Below, in pieces: positions 1 through 13,101 of a DNA stretch of 64,000 nt (positions are counted from its first letter, which is position 1; each line of letters begins with the position of its first letter). Source of the DNA: Klebsormidium nitens (lineage: Eukaryota > Plantae > Klebsormidiophyceae); assembly GCA_000708835.1 (NCBI GenBank), contig DF236954.1, positions 174,052 to 238,051 of the forward strand, given 5' to 3'. A program made the position numbers and the translations under genes. The notes under the pieces were generated by a model. The model ran no database searches. It worked only from the letters and a program-made list of their open reading frames with translations, and was not told the DNA's origin.

Positions 1-3000
1 ACTTCACTAACGTCACCTGCCTTCCGTTTCGCACCTTCGGCCTCGCCGTTCTCTCTTCCTTCTCCTCTCGCACGCTCTCCCTCTGCCTCCTCCTCTCCTC
101 CACCTCTCTAAGCCTCTCTTCCTCCACTCTTGCCAATGCTCTCCTCGACTCTTCGGTCGACGATGGTTTCCCTCTATGCCTCGACTGCCCATTCAACGTA
201 GCTCCCGTCAACGGAAGCCTCGGAGCCCCTTTCTCAATGTCCACAACCATCGTCGCATCCACCATCACTCCCCTTCGACCCAATTCCTCTACCTCTTCCC
301 GTGTTAAATTCGAACCCGCCGCAACTCCGAACACTTTGCCCAAATCCGGGGACTTCTCCGAGTCGGCGCACGATCCGTTCAGCATGGTGCAAGCCCCTCC
401 CGCGCACATTTTCAACCTCGACACAAACACCAGTCCCGTGTCGATCGACCTTCCCGCATCCTTCGTGTAGAATTTTCTAAGACCATGCCTGCAACCAGAG
501 TTATGCATACTCCTTTCTTCAGACAGACGGAAACAACTGTCTTCTGCAATTCACCACGATATTTAGAAATATTTGGAAAAATATTTGACAACAATTGTTC
601 TTTGCTGTTCACAACAGTTTCTTCATTATGCTTCATTACGTATCTATGTCGATAACGTTTTCTCTCATCTCAAGTCCTGACGTTACGCGGCCAATCCAAT
701 ACTTCCATGACTTGTTCACCAGTTTGCATTGGATCAGCCTCTTGCAATCCAACAATTGGTTGTTGTATCTCACGTCTCCTACTAGCCTAACGTTTTCTAC
801 GGCCTTTTCGAAAATCAGCTTTTTGCACGACCAACTAAGGTCTCTGAATCCCACTTGATACTGCCAGGTCGAGCATATGCTATCAAACAACTTGTTAACT
901 TTTCTCAACTTGTTCACTCTCTTGCCCCAATACCCCCTCTTTGCCTCGCATACAACCATCCTAAGGATCTTTTCGGTAACATCTTCCGGGAGTGGCCATC
1001 CACTGCACACACCACAAATGAAAATGCGCTGTCAGATAACTCACTTGATGAACACCAATGGTCCAGACGTGGGCGTCAACCTTTCCTTCGAAAAGTCCTT
1101 CACCCCGCACGGCTCTCTTGCCGTGACTGCTCCGACACATGCAGCTCCATCGTCCACATCCAGTCTCGCAACCACCCAATCACTCAGCGCATACCTTTCC
1201 TCTCCAACCAGTTTCAGCTCCTCCTCTCCTTTTTTTTGCCCCACCCCTTCATCCACTTCCGCTTCCTTTTCAATCTCTCCTTCTCTTTGCATCCAAGGCC
1301 CCGCTCCACCCCCTCTTCTGTCCAACTCCTGCTCCTCTTGTCTTCTCGCACTACCCTTCTTCTTCGCTTCGTCCCACAACCTCCTTTGCTCTTCCACCTC
1401 GTCCACCGTCACCAGGAAACAACTCTCGTCCTCCGGTGTTTCATTCAGATCAACTTTCCCTCCCGACCTATACTCCCATCCCCTTGGCCACTTTTCCACT
1501 CTTCTCTGATCATGCCGATGTGTGCTGCTCTCTGTAAGCTCCCCTCCTTCAACTCCACCTTTCCGAATCGATGTCGACGGTCCTCCATACCCCACTCCCA
1601 GACTCTGCCTTCGCCGCCTTTTTCTTTCCCTCTCTCCTTCCTCCTCTTCCACTTCAAGACCCTCACCGCCTCCTCTCGCTCTCTCGAAACTTCTCTTCCG
1701 AGACTCCGAACGCATTTCCAGCTCCCCCAGGCTCGGGCCTCCGCCCACCACACCCGCCCTTTCAAACTCCATCCTCTGCGCAATCTGGATCAGCGCTTGC
1801 TTCGCCTGATTCTTCACCACCTGACCCGTGCTCAAATAGCCTCCTCCTTTCCCACCCTCTCTCGTCCAGAACGCCGCGTTGTCGACTTCGGCGAGGTTCG
1901 CCGTCGGGTTAATGAACCCGGCCAGCCTCATCTCGTCCTCCATCGCCTCTCTATTCGCGGGAAGGCCCCAGAGACCGATTTGGTGTGCCCTGATTCATTT
2001 GAAAAACTATATGTCATGTGTTCAAAATTCTGCATCTACAGTTTGGGTCCACACGATATCCTAGATGAAAGTGTTGTTGTACCTGTGACAACTACAGACA
2101 ATTAGTAAGTCCCGTTGAACGGGACTATCTCTATACGCACGAACAGTCTCACATTTTCTAATGAGCTTCAAGATCGTCTATGACAATACATTACAGTATT
2201 CAATCCAGTCGATTGTTGAAATGCAAAATCAGTGTGCCACTTCGTTTCTAATTAGTCCCGTCAGACGGGACGAAATCATATTCAAATTTCGGTCCGATAT
2301 TCCATATACAAAACTTACGTCCTTACCTGTGAAACCAGAAATCAGACCAATTCTTTGCTTCTCTCCACAGTTGGCCGTCTCCGAGTTTCGCGTCGTACCA
2401 GTTCTGTGAAAGTATAAAACCTCATTCAAGAGGCCGTTCATAGCTGAAATATGTTCTACATCGTGAACCGCTGGCTCGAACTCTTAACGAGCATATGGTT
2501 CAACAAAGCAAACAAACGCACAGACATGCAAATTGTGCGTCAAGCAACACAATATATAACTCACCCTCAAAGCCTCCTTTGCCACCTCTTGCTCTTNNNN
2601 NNNNNNNNNNNNNNNNNNNNNNNNNNNNNNNNNNNNNNNNNNNNNNNNNNNNNNNNNNNNNNNNNNNNNNNNNNNNNNNNNNNNNNNNNNNNNNNNNNNN
2701 NNNNNNNNNNNNNNNNNNNNNNNNNNNNNNNNNNNNNNNNNNNNNNNNNNNNNNNNNNNNNNNNNNNNNNNNNNNNNNNNNNNNNNNNNNNNNNNNNNNN
2801 NNNNNNNNNNNNNNNNNNNNNNNNNNNNNNNNNNNNNNNNNNNNNNNNNNNNNNNNNNNNNNNNNNNNNNNNNNNNNNNNNNNNNNNNNNNNNNNNNNNN
2901 NNNNNNNNNNNAAACGGCTCGATCTTCTCTAGCTTCCCTTCCCCATTGTACCCTTTTGCACATGTCACCTTGAGGTGGTGGCAGAACTCTTTCGTGCACT

Positions 3001-5446
3001 CCGTGCTCTCCGAAGGAAGCAACGCAGAACACACTGTTAGCATCCTCTTTTCCACCGGTGAGTAGGTCGACAATCGCATAAGGTACTCCGTTGGAGAATC
3101 CGACACTTTTTGACTGTCGACGTACGCCACCTCCCCGTACAAGTCCTTTCCAGGAACGGACATCCTCATGGCTGTACCAAGCCCTGATCCCATCCCCTCA
3201 ACGCTCATCATGAATGTGCATGGTACTTGGCCGCTTCCTTTCGGAACCTGCTCCGGCAGCTGCAAACAAACACAGTATTCTGAATCATGAAGACAGACAA
3301 CATAGTAACTTTGTACCCTGCACAATATTTCTTTCTCAGAATTCATTCCCTCAACGTACAATGATGGACCCTCTCAAAAAAAGAGTGCTTACTATCGAAA
3401 GTCGTACACTGTATCACGCGCTTACCAACACGTGCTGTATAAGCTTGAGCGGCGAGCGAGCCATGAAGTCCAACTCTCCATACTTCTGGGAGAAGTCGCT
3501 CCCGGAATTTCTCCGAGCGGCTCGACCAAGCTCGAGCAACTGCCTCGCCTTTCCCATGTCCGTCAACGGCCGAATCTTCTCAATTAGCCTGCACATTGTA
3601 CACCGAAAAAGGTTCAGATTCTATGATCAAGGCTTCTAATCCAACAAGTTTGCTTCTGCAATTTCAGTATAGATATTGATTTTAGGTAAAGTCCCGTTCA
3701 ACGGGACTTCACAGCATCGATGGTTGTACAAAAAACTTACTCCGCCAAGTCTTCACCCTTCTCTACCGCAGCTTTCAACGCTTTCTCCACCTCGCCGTCC
3801 CTGAACCGTACTGCAGACTGCAAACACGGAAACAAATATTAGCATATTGAGGTCTTAGTACCTTTGATAAACAACTATTAACCTTATTTAAAAGGCAATC
3901 ATCATCTATGAAACAGAGAATTAGACAATCTTACCTTATTCGACTCTCCTCCTTCTTTCAATGCACCGACCACGAGTTTCTCAACGTCTTCACCCCTTAA
4001 CGCCTCCTCGAGCTCGTGATTGTGTTCTCCACAATGCACCACCATCATCTCCTCCTTTCCACGGACTACGATTTTCCTTGCCTTACATTCTATACCTGTA
4101 CTAACCGCGAGTTGAGGACAAAAAGCGCAGACTCTCTTCCCAAACTCGTCAACTTTCTTGAATACCCTCGTGTTTCTACGGCCTTTATCCCTAGCATACC
4201 AGCAGGAGTCATTCTGGCAAACGTAACCTCCATAACAGCCAAACGACCTAACACTTTCTATGTTCTCAGCATCAATGCTGAGTGCGTAACTAGTCTTCCA
4301 GTGACTGCCTTTGTCCTCGGCTCTGTCTATCAGAGATGCAGATAAGTCTTTCACAAAAATGCAATCTCCTTGTAAGGGATAGGGAACGTGAGCAACTACT
4401 GGAATAGAAATGTCGTCCTTCTCGTATTTCGAAATAACGTCCTTCAATGCAGACGCTCTCTTTAGACCGCGCTTCAACAAGGCCGCTCCAACAATACTAT
4501 CTCTCACCTTAATTTCATCTCCTACTCTGTACGACTGCCTTCTCTCTGCTTCCTGTCCTGTGTGACAAATTCCCGCCTCCTTATCTTTAGGGACCTTAAA
4601 CACGGATTCCACTTCTTCTTCTCTAGCCCTCGCGCTGGTTCTCGCCCGGCCGCTGCTTGCACGAGAGTCCAGCTGTAAGGTTGTCCTGCTTTTCGCACCA
4701 GTGAGGAGCGAGCCCCCGCTTTGCCTACGAGCTAGAGTGTCCAAAAGGCCCCCTTTCGACTTGACACTGACGCTTGCCGCCTGCGAGCATCTCGTTCGCC
4801 CCTGGATACCTGACGTGCCAACACTCAACCGCCTGCGCGTCGAATCTTCTAGAGAGCCGGACGAACGGTTTACAGCTCGGGCGCTGCGGATGCCCTCCGC
4901 TAAGTAGCATCCTGGGCTCAGGCAATACACGAAGCGCCCGTCGAGCCACTCCGTTGATTCGTCCGCTCTACCATTCTCCCGACGCAATGTGACACTGCCC
5001 ACAAAGTCCGCACCGAACAGTTTCACCGACAGCACATCCTCCGTGACAATCGCCGACCCCCCAGGCGGTGCAAGAACAGCGTACTCTTTGCCGTTATCAC
5101 CACGAATAACGACATCGAGCTGGCTTTCGTCGTCGCTACCCTGCTCGATGTTTGAGGTCGACAACGATGGGCGGCTCCCTTTTGTCGGGGTGATTGGGAC
5201 CGAGTCAGGAAGGTGGCTGGACGCCCGGGAACGGGGGGGGCTCGGTTTGCGACCGGGGGCTAAAGGCGTCAGGTACATCTGAGCGCCTTCGGAAGCACTC
5301 TTCCGAGCCCCTTGGACGGAAACTTCGTCCGTGGTCACGTTCCGAACGGCCAAAGAAGGCGCGCTCCTTGCAGGATTGGAACCCTTTCCCGGACTTGGGT
5401 CGCGGTTCAAGAGAGCGTTCAGATAGGAGGACGATGACGACGCCAT
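1..5446 (-). CDS. MULE-like DDE transposase, spliced, 3' end beyond the window
   Basis: Phase-consistent exons 5446-3935, 3817-3741, 3588-3426, 3259-(N gap)-2565, 2403-2327, 1989-1045, optional 1002-640, and 488-<1 (open to the window edge). WRKY/GCM-like Zn finger CYGGYVCQNDSC...CAFC...CKARK...HCGEHNH. First Asp in EVAYVDSQK, followed by RLSTYSP...ESTE...F. Second Asp expected in the N gap after IEPF. WSDFWFHR, then the catalytic-Glu motif PTANLAEVDNA. Confidence 0.8.
2597..2911. other. Assembly gap (N run) inside a transposase exon
   Basis: Run of N. Confidence 1.
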
Positions 5447-6608
5447 CTTCTGAAAGAGAGAGAGAATTCTTTGTTAGAACTCCCGTTGAACGGGAGAAAA
5501 GAAAAGTGCACCTATCGAGTTTTTCAAATACTCTTTCTACCAAGTAATGCTATCGAGATTTGATATCGGAGCTTGGAGAAAAACGAGACAGTAACATTTC
5601 AAAGATTTGCAATGGAAGGAAAGGTCCCGTTGGACGGGACTTTTTGCAACAGCACAGATAAAAAACATTCAGCGAAGCACGCTGATAACGGATCGTTTGA
5701 GACTTTGACAATAGTCCCGTTAAACGGGACTACATGCCAGTGCAGAGCACATTCAGGATTTTGTGAACAGTTATAAAAGTCCCGTTAACAAGGACCCAAA
5801 ACATATATACTAACCATTTTAGATACCCTCAAGACAAGATTTTCAATGCATAATTCCAGTTGAACGGGAGTACAAATACGTCCAGAAATGAAAATTATAT
5901 GAAAAAGGGGCGTATCAGAAGCTGACGTCAGCGTGACGTACCGGGCTGCGCGAGGACTGCCAATGTCGACAATGCAACAATGAAAATGACGAATTATGTG
6001 GATCAAGCCGTTCTATCAAGTGGCTGAAATGCGTACCTAATCAAAGTGTGTACATGGCTGCAGCCCTAAAAAAAGCAGTCATCCATCGTCCATTCCAGAG
6101 CCACGTGGCTTGCTACGCAACCAATTAGAGGGCCAGAAAGGGGATCTTATCTTGTCCGGACCAATCAGAAGGCAGAGTATCTCATGGTTGAACTACAGTC
6201 TGAAAAATCTAACATTGTAAAGTACACATTGCAGTGTAACAATATACATAATGTGTCCCAGGAGACTCTACGGCCAGCCACCTCCCGTCCGACAGGGGTC
6301 TTCCTAGGAACTCCTAGGAACTTCCTCATTTCCACGGTCGTTGGGTAGAGAGGGTCCCTTTTTGGTGCACGCGCGTTTCGAGCAGCTTGGCTGCGGTAAC
6401 GGTTGCGTTACCGCTCCCAATAATTGAATTCTGAAATTTACTGTTCTGGAGAGTCCCGTTGCACTGCGCGAGCGTGTAAAACCCTTAGCGCGGCCGCGAA
6501 GCGTTCTGAACGGTAGGTAGCTAGCTGCTGGCTTTGAAGATCATTTCACGCAACCGCCTTGGCCATTTAGTCCCGTTCAACGGGAGTTTTCTCTAAAATG
6601 GAGTTGCA
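5447..6608. promoter_or_regulatory. Divergent (bidirectional) promoter region between the transposase and cargo gene 1
   Basis: Separates head-to-head ATGs at 5446(-) and 6609(+). Contains six palindrome copies, CCAAT boxes (6121, 6161), TGACGTCA (5923) and GCACTGCGCGAGC (6461), which recurs at 17760. Confidence 0.55.
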
Positions 6609-9600
6609 ATGTCATTGAAAAGATGCCGCGATGGAACTACAGCCGGCATACTAGAGTGGTTTGCAGATTTCATATACCCAGATTTTCAACCTGGCCTTGA
6701 TGAGGCTGTTCTGTGGCTGCGCTCAAATCCAAGAGCAGAGGGTTCATTTTACGGTCTTCACCTGCTGAGGTGTGGAAAACGGTGGTTCTTCAAGCGAGAG
6801 ATCCTCCTGCAACAGCAGCTTGCTGAACTTAGTGAATCTAGTGAAAGCGAGAGTGAGACCGACAGTGAGTCTGACTCTGGATACAGCGATTGTGTTATTG
6901 TCGAACCAAACATGGAGCCCCAGGAGGAAGGGAACCCGTCCCAGCTTAGAGAAGGCACTCAGGTAAGAAACAACCTCTCCAGTTTTCCTCCCGTTCAACG
7001 GGACTTTTTGAAAGGAGGAAGTTACCTACTAGAAATTAGAGTGAGCTTACAAGTCATAGTTCTGCGCAGATGTCGGGTTACATTGTGAGGTTTCTTGTCA
7101 GGTTCTGCACAGTTTTCTCAGTCCACGAGGTAAAGTGTGTTGACAATGTCTACCGAACATGTTGACTGGTATGCAGAACTACATTAATACTGTCAATAAG
7201 ATAGACACCTGAAGACTGTAACTGGAGTATATCTGTTCCCAGAATATCTGTCAATCAGGTAACCCTGATTATGCACAGAGCTGTATGCATGGTGTGTGTG
7301 GCTGATGTTTCTGCTCGTTATGTTAGGTCCCGCTGAACGGGACTTTTCTGCAGCTGTATTTGGGAAAAGTTTGTTTGATCAGATTATGAATCGGTCTGTT
7401 GTGTGGATTTTCTCTATCTGATATCTATCGTAGTTTGTACAGTCTGTATATCTTGAAGGTATCCAGTTTTTTCTGGATAAGAGTAGAGTGCAAGCTGCGT
7501 TTCTGCATGACATTCTTCAATTGAACCAGGTGTGCCCGATTAAGTTAGTCCCGTTGAGCGGGACTAAAGCAAAACCAAATGCATCTCTATGGTGTGAACA
7601 ATAATATGTTTTGTCTAGATCAAATGACTCAAGGTAATCAGAAGGTTCCCTGGTTCAATGCATGGAGTTTTGGATTTGAAGGCCTGTCTGGTCGGACGCT
7701 TGAAGAAACTTGTTTTGAAACACAGTTTCAACACATTATTCCATTCAATTTCAGTCAACTGCTCTGCCAGGCTGCCGCAAACGAAGGAGCCACCAGTGCC
7801 CCATCAATGACTGCATCGGACAGTCAGGTAAGTTATTAAATCAACTAGACTAGACTTCCTGGACTTCCAGTCTTGTTGAATTGAAATCTCTCACAGAGTT
7901 TGAACTGGCTGAAGGTGCCACGAGTGCTTGTATGATCTGCTGATCTACTTCGTGATGAGTCGTGTCAAATGGAAAAAAGGGGTACTCTGAGAATATATGC
8001 TTCTCTTTTCATCATGATGGGGTTCAGATCTGAACAATCATGACAATTTTATCTGAACTGGGCAAGGTGTAGGTCTTCGAAACTGGAAATTCTATTCGAC
8101 AGTATGTATAGATTGAAAGCACCAATCTCAATCCATGTCTTGAACATTGCACAGGTTCCAGCTACCGCCGCTGCAAACCCTGATTTCATGGCAGCTGAGC
8201 TGGACGATGAGCCAATGAATCAAGCTGCACTGAATGACCAGGTAAGTACCTGAATGGGTTCCTCAGTGAAGTTTAGAACTGCCTCTGCCTGCTTTGAGCA
8301 TTTGCTCTTTTGAACAATCGGTTATGTCAATATAGATAGTGGTGACGTTTGGTCTGATGACATCTTTGCCTGTCCAGATTGACGACACCCTGAGAGACCT
8401 TGAACAGCTCAACGACGCTGACTTCGGAGAGCGATCAAATTGGCAGGTAAGAATCATTAACGCTGACCTTGCAACTACTGGTGTCAAGCGAATATTGAGC
8501 AAGCTCTAGCTTCTGTGTCTGTAATTGATGTCCGATTGCTATCGTTCATTCAGATTTTATGTTTTCTAATCATCCTTCATTTTCTGCAGCCCGACTCTGT
8601 TGACGAGCCGAATCCAAAACGCATCAGATTCGGTGCGCCCGGGAAGGCCCTGGGTTCAGCAACCGGCCTGGGCACAGCGGCACCTCTGAAGGTGCGTAGC
8701 TCTTTGCACGGGAAAGATCGTGAAGACCACTGTCTAACTCGGTGTGCTCGATCGCGCTCGATCGTGTTTGTTAACATCCATCAGACTAACCTGTAATCAC
8801 GAGCTGAGAGTATTGAAAGGTTAAATTTCTGGTAAGAAAAGCATGATTGTAAGCCGTGTGCATTGTAAAGATTGATGACATGATTGTTCGCTATGAACTC
8901 TTCTGCAGTGCCTTGTGAAAATTGTTGGTCCCTTATCCTGGTTCCTCACCACGCAATCATTAAAGGCTTCTCCTGTTCGTTTCGATGCAGAACGCGATGA
9001 TGAGCGTCCCCATGGACCCCTCGCTTCGGCCGACAGAACCGGAAAAAAGTGACAGTGATGAGGAGACTGAAGACGACGAGGACGAGAAGGACGACCCGAC
9101 GTTTGGTGCAGTTGTAAGCATTTATCTCAACTTACTGTTACTAATGTTTGTACGCAAANNNNNNNNNNNNNNNNNNNNNNNNNNNNNNNNNNNNNNNNNN
9201 NNNNNNNNNNNNNNNNNNNNNNNNNNNNNNNNNNNNNNNNNNNNNNNNNNNNNNNNNNNNNNNNNNNNNNNNNNNNNNNNNNNNNNNNNNNNNNNNNNNN
9301 NNNNNNNNNNNNNNNNNNNNNNNNNNNNNNNNNNNNNNNNNNNNNNNNNNNNNNNNNNNNNNNNNNNNNNNNNNNNNNNNNNNNNNNNNNNNNNNNNNNN
9401 NNNNNNNNNNNNNNNNNNNNNNNNNNNNNNNNNNNNNNNNNNNNNNNNNNNNNNNNNNNNNNNNNNNNNNNNNNNNNNNNNNNNNNNNNNNNNNNNNNNN
9501 NNNNNNNNNNNNNNNNNNNNNNNNNNNNNNNNNNNNNNNNNNNNNNNNNNNNNNNNNNNNNNNNNNNNNNNNNNNNNNNNNNNNNNNNNNNNNNNNNNNN

Positions 9601-12600
9601 NNNNNNNNNNNNNNNNNNNNNNNNNNNNNNNNNNNNNNNNNNNNNNNNNNNNNNNNNNNNNNNNNNNNNNNNNNNNNNNNNNNNNNNNNNNNNNNNNGGA
9701 CCTTAGAACATGTCAGGAACTTCTTTATAGATTGAAATGTCAAAATCTGTTTGGTACTGAACTGCTGTTGCCAACAGCTTGATTGATCTAAAATAGTATC
9801 TTGTTGTTCTTATCTTGCAGCCTGACGCCGCTGGGCTCGATCAGGTGATGGCGAAGTACTCGGGGGAGAAGAAGGGTCGAAAGAGCAAGGGGATGTCGGC
9901 TGTCGACGTTGAAAATGCGCGAGCGGCAGAGAAGGCAAGGAAGGTGACGGTGAAGGTGAACAAGATCAGCATTCTCCCCAAGCGGTTCCACAAACACCCC
10001 GACGTACACGACGGCTGCATAGAGGTCCCCCTAGCGATGTGCAAACCCGCCTCTGAGCTGCCAGTCTTGAGGCCCCCGTCTGAGCCGCTGGCTGAGAGGG
10101 TGCGCATTTCGGAGCGGGTCCCCACAAAAGCGGCTATCCGGCTGCAAACCGACGTCTTCAACAACCACGGGTACGACCCGAACAAGGGGTACTTCGTGGG
10201 GACGGCGACCGCGTTTGGAGACTGGATCAAGCCGATAACGGACGTGGACAGGGAAGCCATGTGCGAGCCTCTCCGCAAGGACCTGGAGGAATGGGAAGCC
10301 TTAGTGGTGAAGCGGGGGGTGGTGGATAACGACCCTTTCTACCAGTGGATCGGGGCGCACATCCTGTACCATTTCCTTTTCCTGGCAGACGGCAACACCA
10401 GGTGACCAGTCATGGTATAGATAACTTCAATTTCTTACTTTGAATGCAACACTTTGGTGTCTTCAGTTGGTGAAGGTCCCGTTCAATGGAACCTGGCGTG
10501 TCCAGACAGTCGTCCATGTTCTACAGAGATCGAAACTCAAACACAGAATCGAAACTGTTGGCGCCAAAGAGTTTGCAGAAGGTCCCGTTCAACGGGACCT
10601 TTGATTTCATACATGCAACTTTTCTGGCAAGGTAAATTTTTCATCAAATCCCTTCTAGACTGGTGTACAGTACTCAGGGCCACACCCTAAAACAACTCGG
10701 CCAGGCTCAAATCCCTTTGCTTGGCATCGATGCACATCGTTGCCCTTCTTGCAGCATGAAAAGGTCCCGCTAAACGGGAGTCCTTCGGCAGCAATAGACT
10801 CCCATTTGTTTGCTGTTTGCTGAAGGTTGGTTGTAGTGGACCTGTCAGGTTTAGGATGTCACGAAAACTCATGACTAAAGTGGTTCGGCAAGGTCCCGTT
10901 GAACGGGACCTTGTCTAAACAAAACGTCATCCATGTTCTGCAATAAATAAGTACTCGAACTTTGTAGTGAAACCGATGGCGCCAAAGCTTCTGCAAAAGG
11001 TTCCGTTCAACGGGACCTGTGATTTCATACATGCAACTTCTGGCAAGGCATTGTGGTCGAAAACTCCCTTCAAGACTGGTGTACAGAACTCAAGGCCACA
11101 CCCTAAAAGAACTCAGCCAGGCTCAATGCCATGTGCTTGGCATCAATGCACATCGGTGCCCTTCGTGCGGCATGAAAAGGTCCCGTTGAACGGGAGTCCT
11201 TCGGCAACTGTAGATTAACTAACAAATGAAAGGCGCCTCTGGTTCAGGTTTTGATATACATTGCAATTCATTTCAGAACTGATTTGTGGTTACAACTTCA
11301 AACAAGTTAAGGTCCCGTTGAACGGGACCTTTGCAGATGGAGCTGGAGCTTTTTTTGCTCCAGGCATAAATGGTTTGCAATGTGGTAAAACAAGGTTTCA
11401 TTCTCAATCCTCAAACGGAGTGATAGAGGTGATGAAGTATCAGTCTTACAGGGGCTGGATCGAGCCTGGATCCTTTTTGAGTGGACTTTTAAAGATTGGA
11501 AGTTCAATTAAGAAGCGGTTTAATGGTCTGACGGTCTGCCAGTTAGATAGTCCCGTTGAAAGGGACCTTTTTTCTTGGCACATCCAAGGTAATTGTCTAT
11601 CAATTGAACATTTGAATCTTCACATACAGCAACTTTATCAGTCACAACGGCTTTCAATAAACAATACCGGTTTTGTGAGTTCTTGATCCGAGGTTATCGT
11701 ATTTTGCAGAGAGGAAGGCTGGGTGGCTGCGATCGAGAAGCTTGTGGGCATCATCAAGACAGTTCCACGACCCCGGATGGTGGTGTTCGAGATAATCGAG
11801 AAGAACTGTCGCCAGATCGCTCTCCTCTCAGAAGAGATCAACAAGTCGGAGCTGGACGCAAAGGTCGTTACGACCCCGCTGCAGAAGCTGGCGTTGCTGC
11901 ACGACAAGAACAGGATGGAGACGGAGGAGGTGAAGAAGTGGATTCCAGCATCGGTACGTTATCAAAGTTAAACAAAATTCGACAGGATTGAGCCAAGATT
12001 TTGTTCCTTGATTCTTGCAGTGCGTTTGATAGAGTCGCACTGTGATGCATTTCGATCTTGGTAGCAACCTTTCTCATTATCTCGCTAGATTGAACTCGTA
12101 GACTCCTGCATCAGTGTCACTTTGAAATAGAATTTCATTCGCGAAGGTGATTCTCGCACAGATCAGAGCATATGCTAGCTGTGAAAAAGAAATCATTCTG
12201 TGCATATATCATTCTTCAAACATGATCTGCTGGAATTTGTGAACTCCAAAAGTTGTAACCCTCTTACTATCCTATTTCGCAGTCGATGGCGCTCCTGAAG
12301 GAGAAGCTGAACATCAACCTGCTGAGGAAGAAGAAGGCCGACGCCTGCCGGCACAATGTCCTCGTGTTCGTCTTCATGGAGCAGCCTCTCCTCCTGAAGA
12401 AGCTGCTCGACTTCCAGTTTGGCACGGACCTGAAAACCGGGGAGGACCTGGGCCGGTTCTGGACGGAGAAGGAGAAGAAGACGGTGATCGAGATCGAGCA
12501 GAGGAAGATGCGGAAGCAGGTCTCCGCTGCCGGATTTGAGAAGAGGGATGGAGTGGGGTTCAACTACTGGGAGGCAGACATCCGGAAGATGGTGGAGCTG

Positions 12601-13101
12601 CCGGAGCTCAGCCGAGATCTGACAAACCTGGAGATTCTCACTACCCTGAAGGAGCTGAACCTGGCAGCCTTCCTGGACGTGACAGTGCTGGGGCACCTGA
12701 AGCTGCGAAGGGCCGATCTGCAGAAGAAAGGCCTGGAGCTCACAAAGGACTCGCTCGATCCATTCTTCACGTCTGTGAAGGCTCTCCAGGTGGCGGGGGA
12801 ACTGGCAGTCGACTGGCTGGAGGAGCAGAAGCTGGTAGAGAAGAGGCCGGGGGATCGGCTGCCTGGACAGATGGGGAAGTGGAAAGGGAAGACGCTGGCA
12901 GGGCTGATGGCAAACAAGATGCCCCTCTGGGACTGGATCAAGACGCTCATCGAGGGGGATTACTCCTCCGTCTTTGAGCACCCGTTCGCGTGGATGGGGC
13001 AGAAGGGTCTGTCCTTCAAGTCCATGCTGAACAAGGAGATGAAGGATGGTGGAAAGGCCAAGTGCCTGGAGGGCATGTGGCGGCGTCTCCTGGTGCTGTG
13101 A
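6609..13101 (+). CDS. Transposon cargo gene 1, hypothetical protein (>=800 aa); acidic low-complexity N-half, NLS-like PNPKRIRF, possible degenerate Fic-like motif
   Basis: Phase-consistent GT-AG exons 6609-6962, 7771-7827, 8155-8241, 8378-8446, 8590-8691, 8991-9113, (N gap), 9821-10401, 11710-11953 and 12283-13101. The phase-2 junction ACC AG|A GAG gives ...DGNTR-EEGW. The later exons are strongly GC3-biased. Confidence 0.7.
9159..9697. other. Assembly gap (N run) in cargo gene 1
   Basis: Run of N. Confidence 1.
10561..11205 (+). repeat. ~230-bp direct repeat (10561-10790 and 10979-11205), each unit bracketed by two palindromes
   Basis: Both units read gcgccaaag..GTCCCGTTCAACGGGAC..gatttcatacatgcaact..agactggtgtacag..ggccacaccctaaaa..gcatgaaaaGGTCCCG..AACGGGAGtccttcggca. 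Confidence 0.93.

Noticed and set aside
201-218. Palindrome-like GCTCCCGT-CA-ACGGAAGC inside a transposase exon
   Set aside because: It is one base shorter than the consensus, has mismatches and lies in coding sequence, so it may be chance. Not counted.
855-2105. 416-aa plus-strand ORF and similar long ORFs such as 12193-13110, 14423-14991 and 33479-34237
   Set aside because: These are antisense or off-frame shadows of GC-rich real exons, with low-complexity translations and no splice-phase support.
2451-9782. ORFs at 2451-3065, 2484-3032, 2495-2932, 8985-9782, 9141-9743 and 9148-9735
   Set aside because: Their lengths are artefacts of translating through the N gaps.
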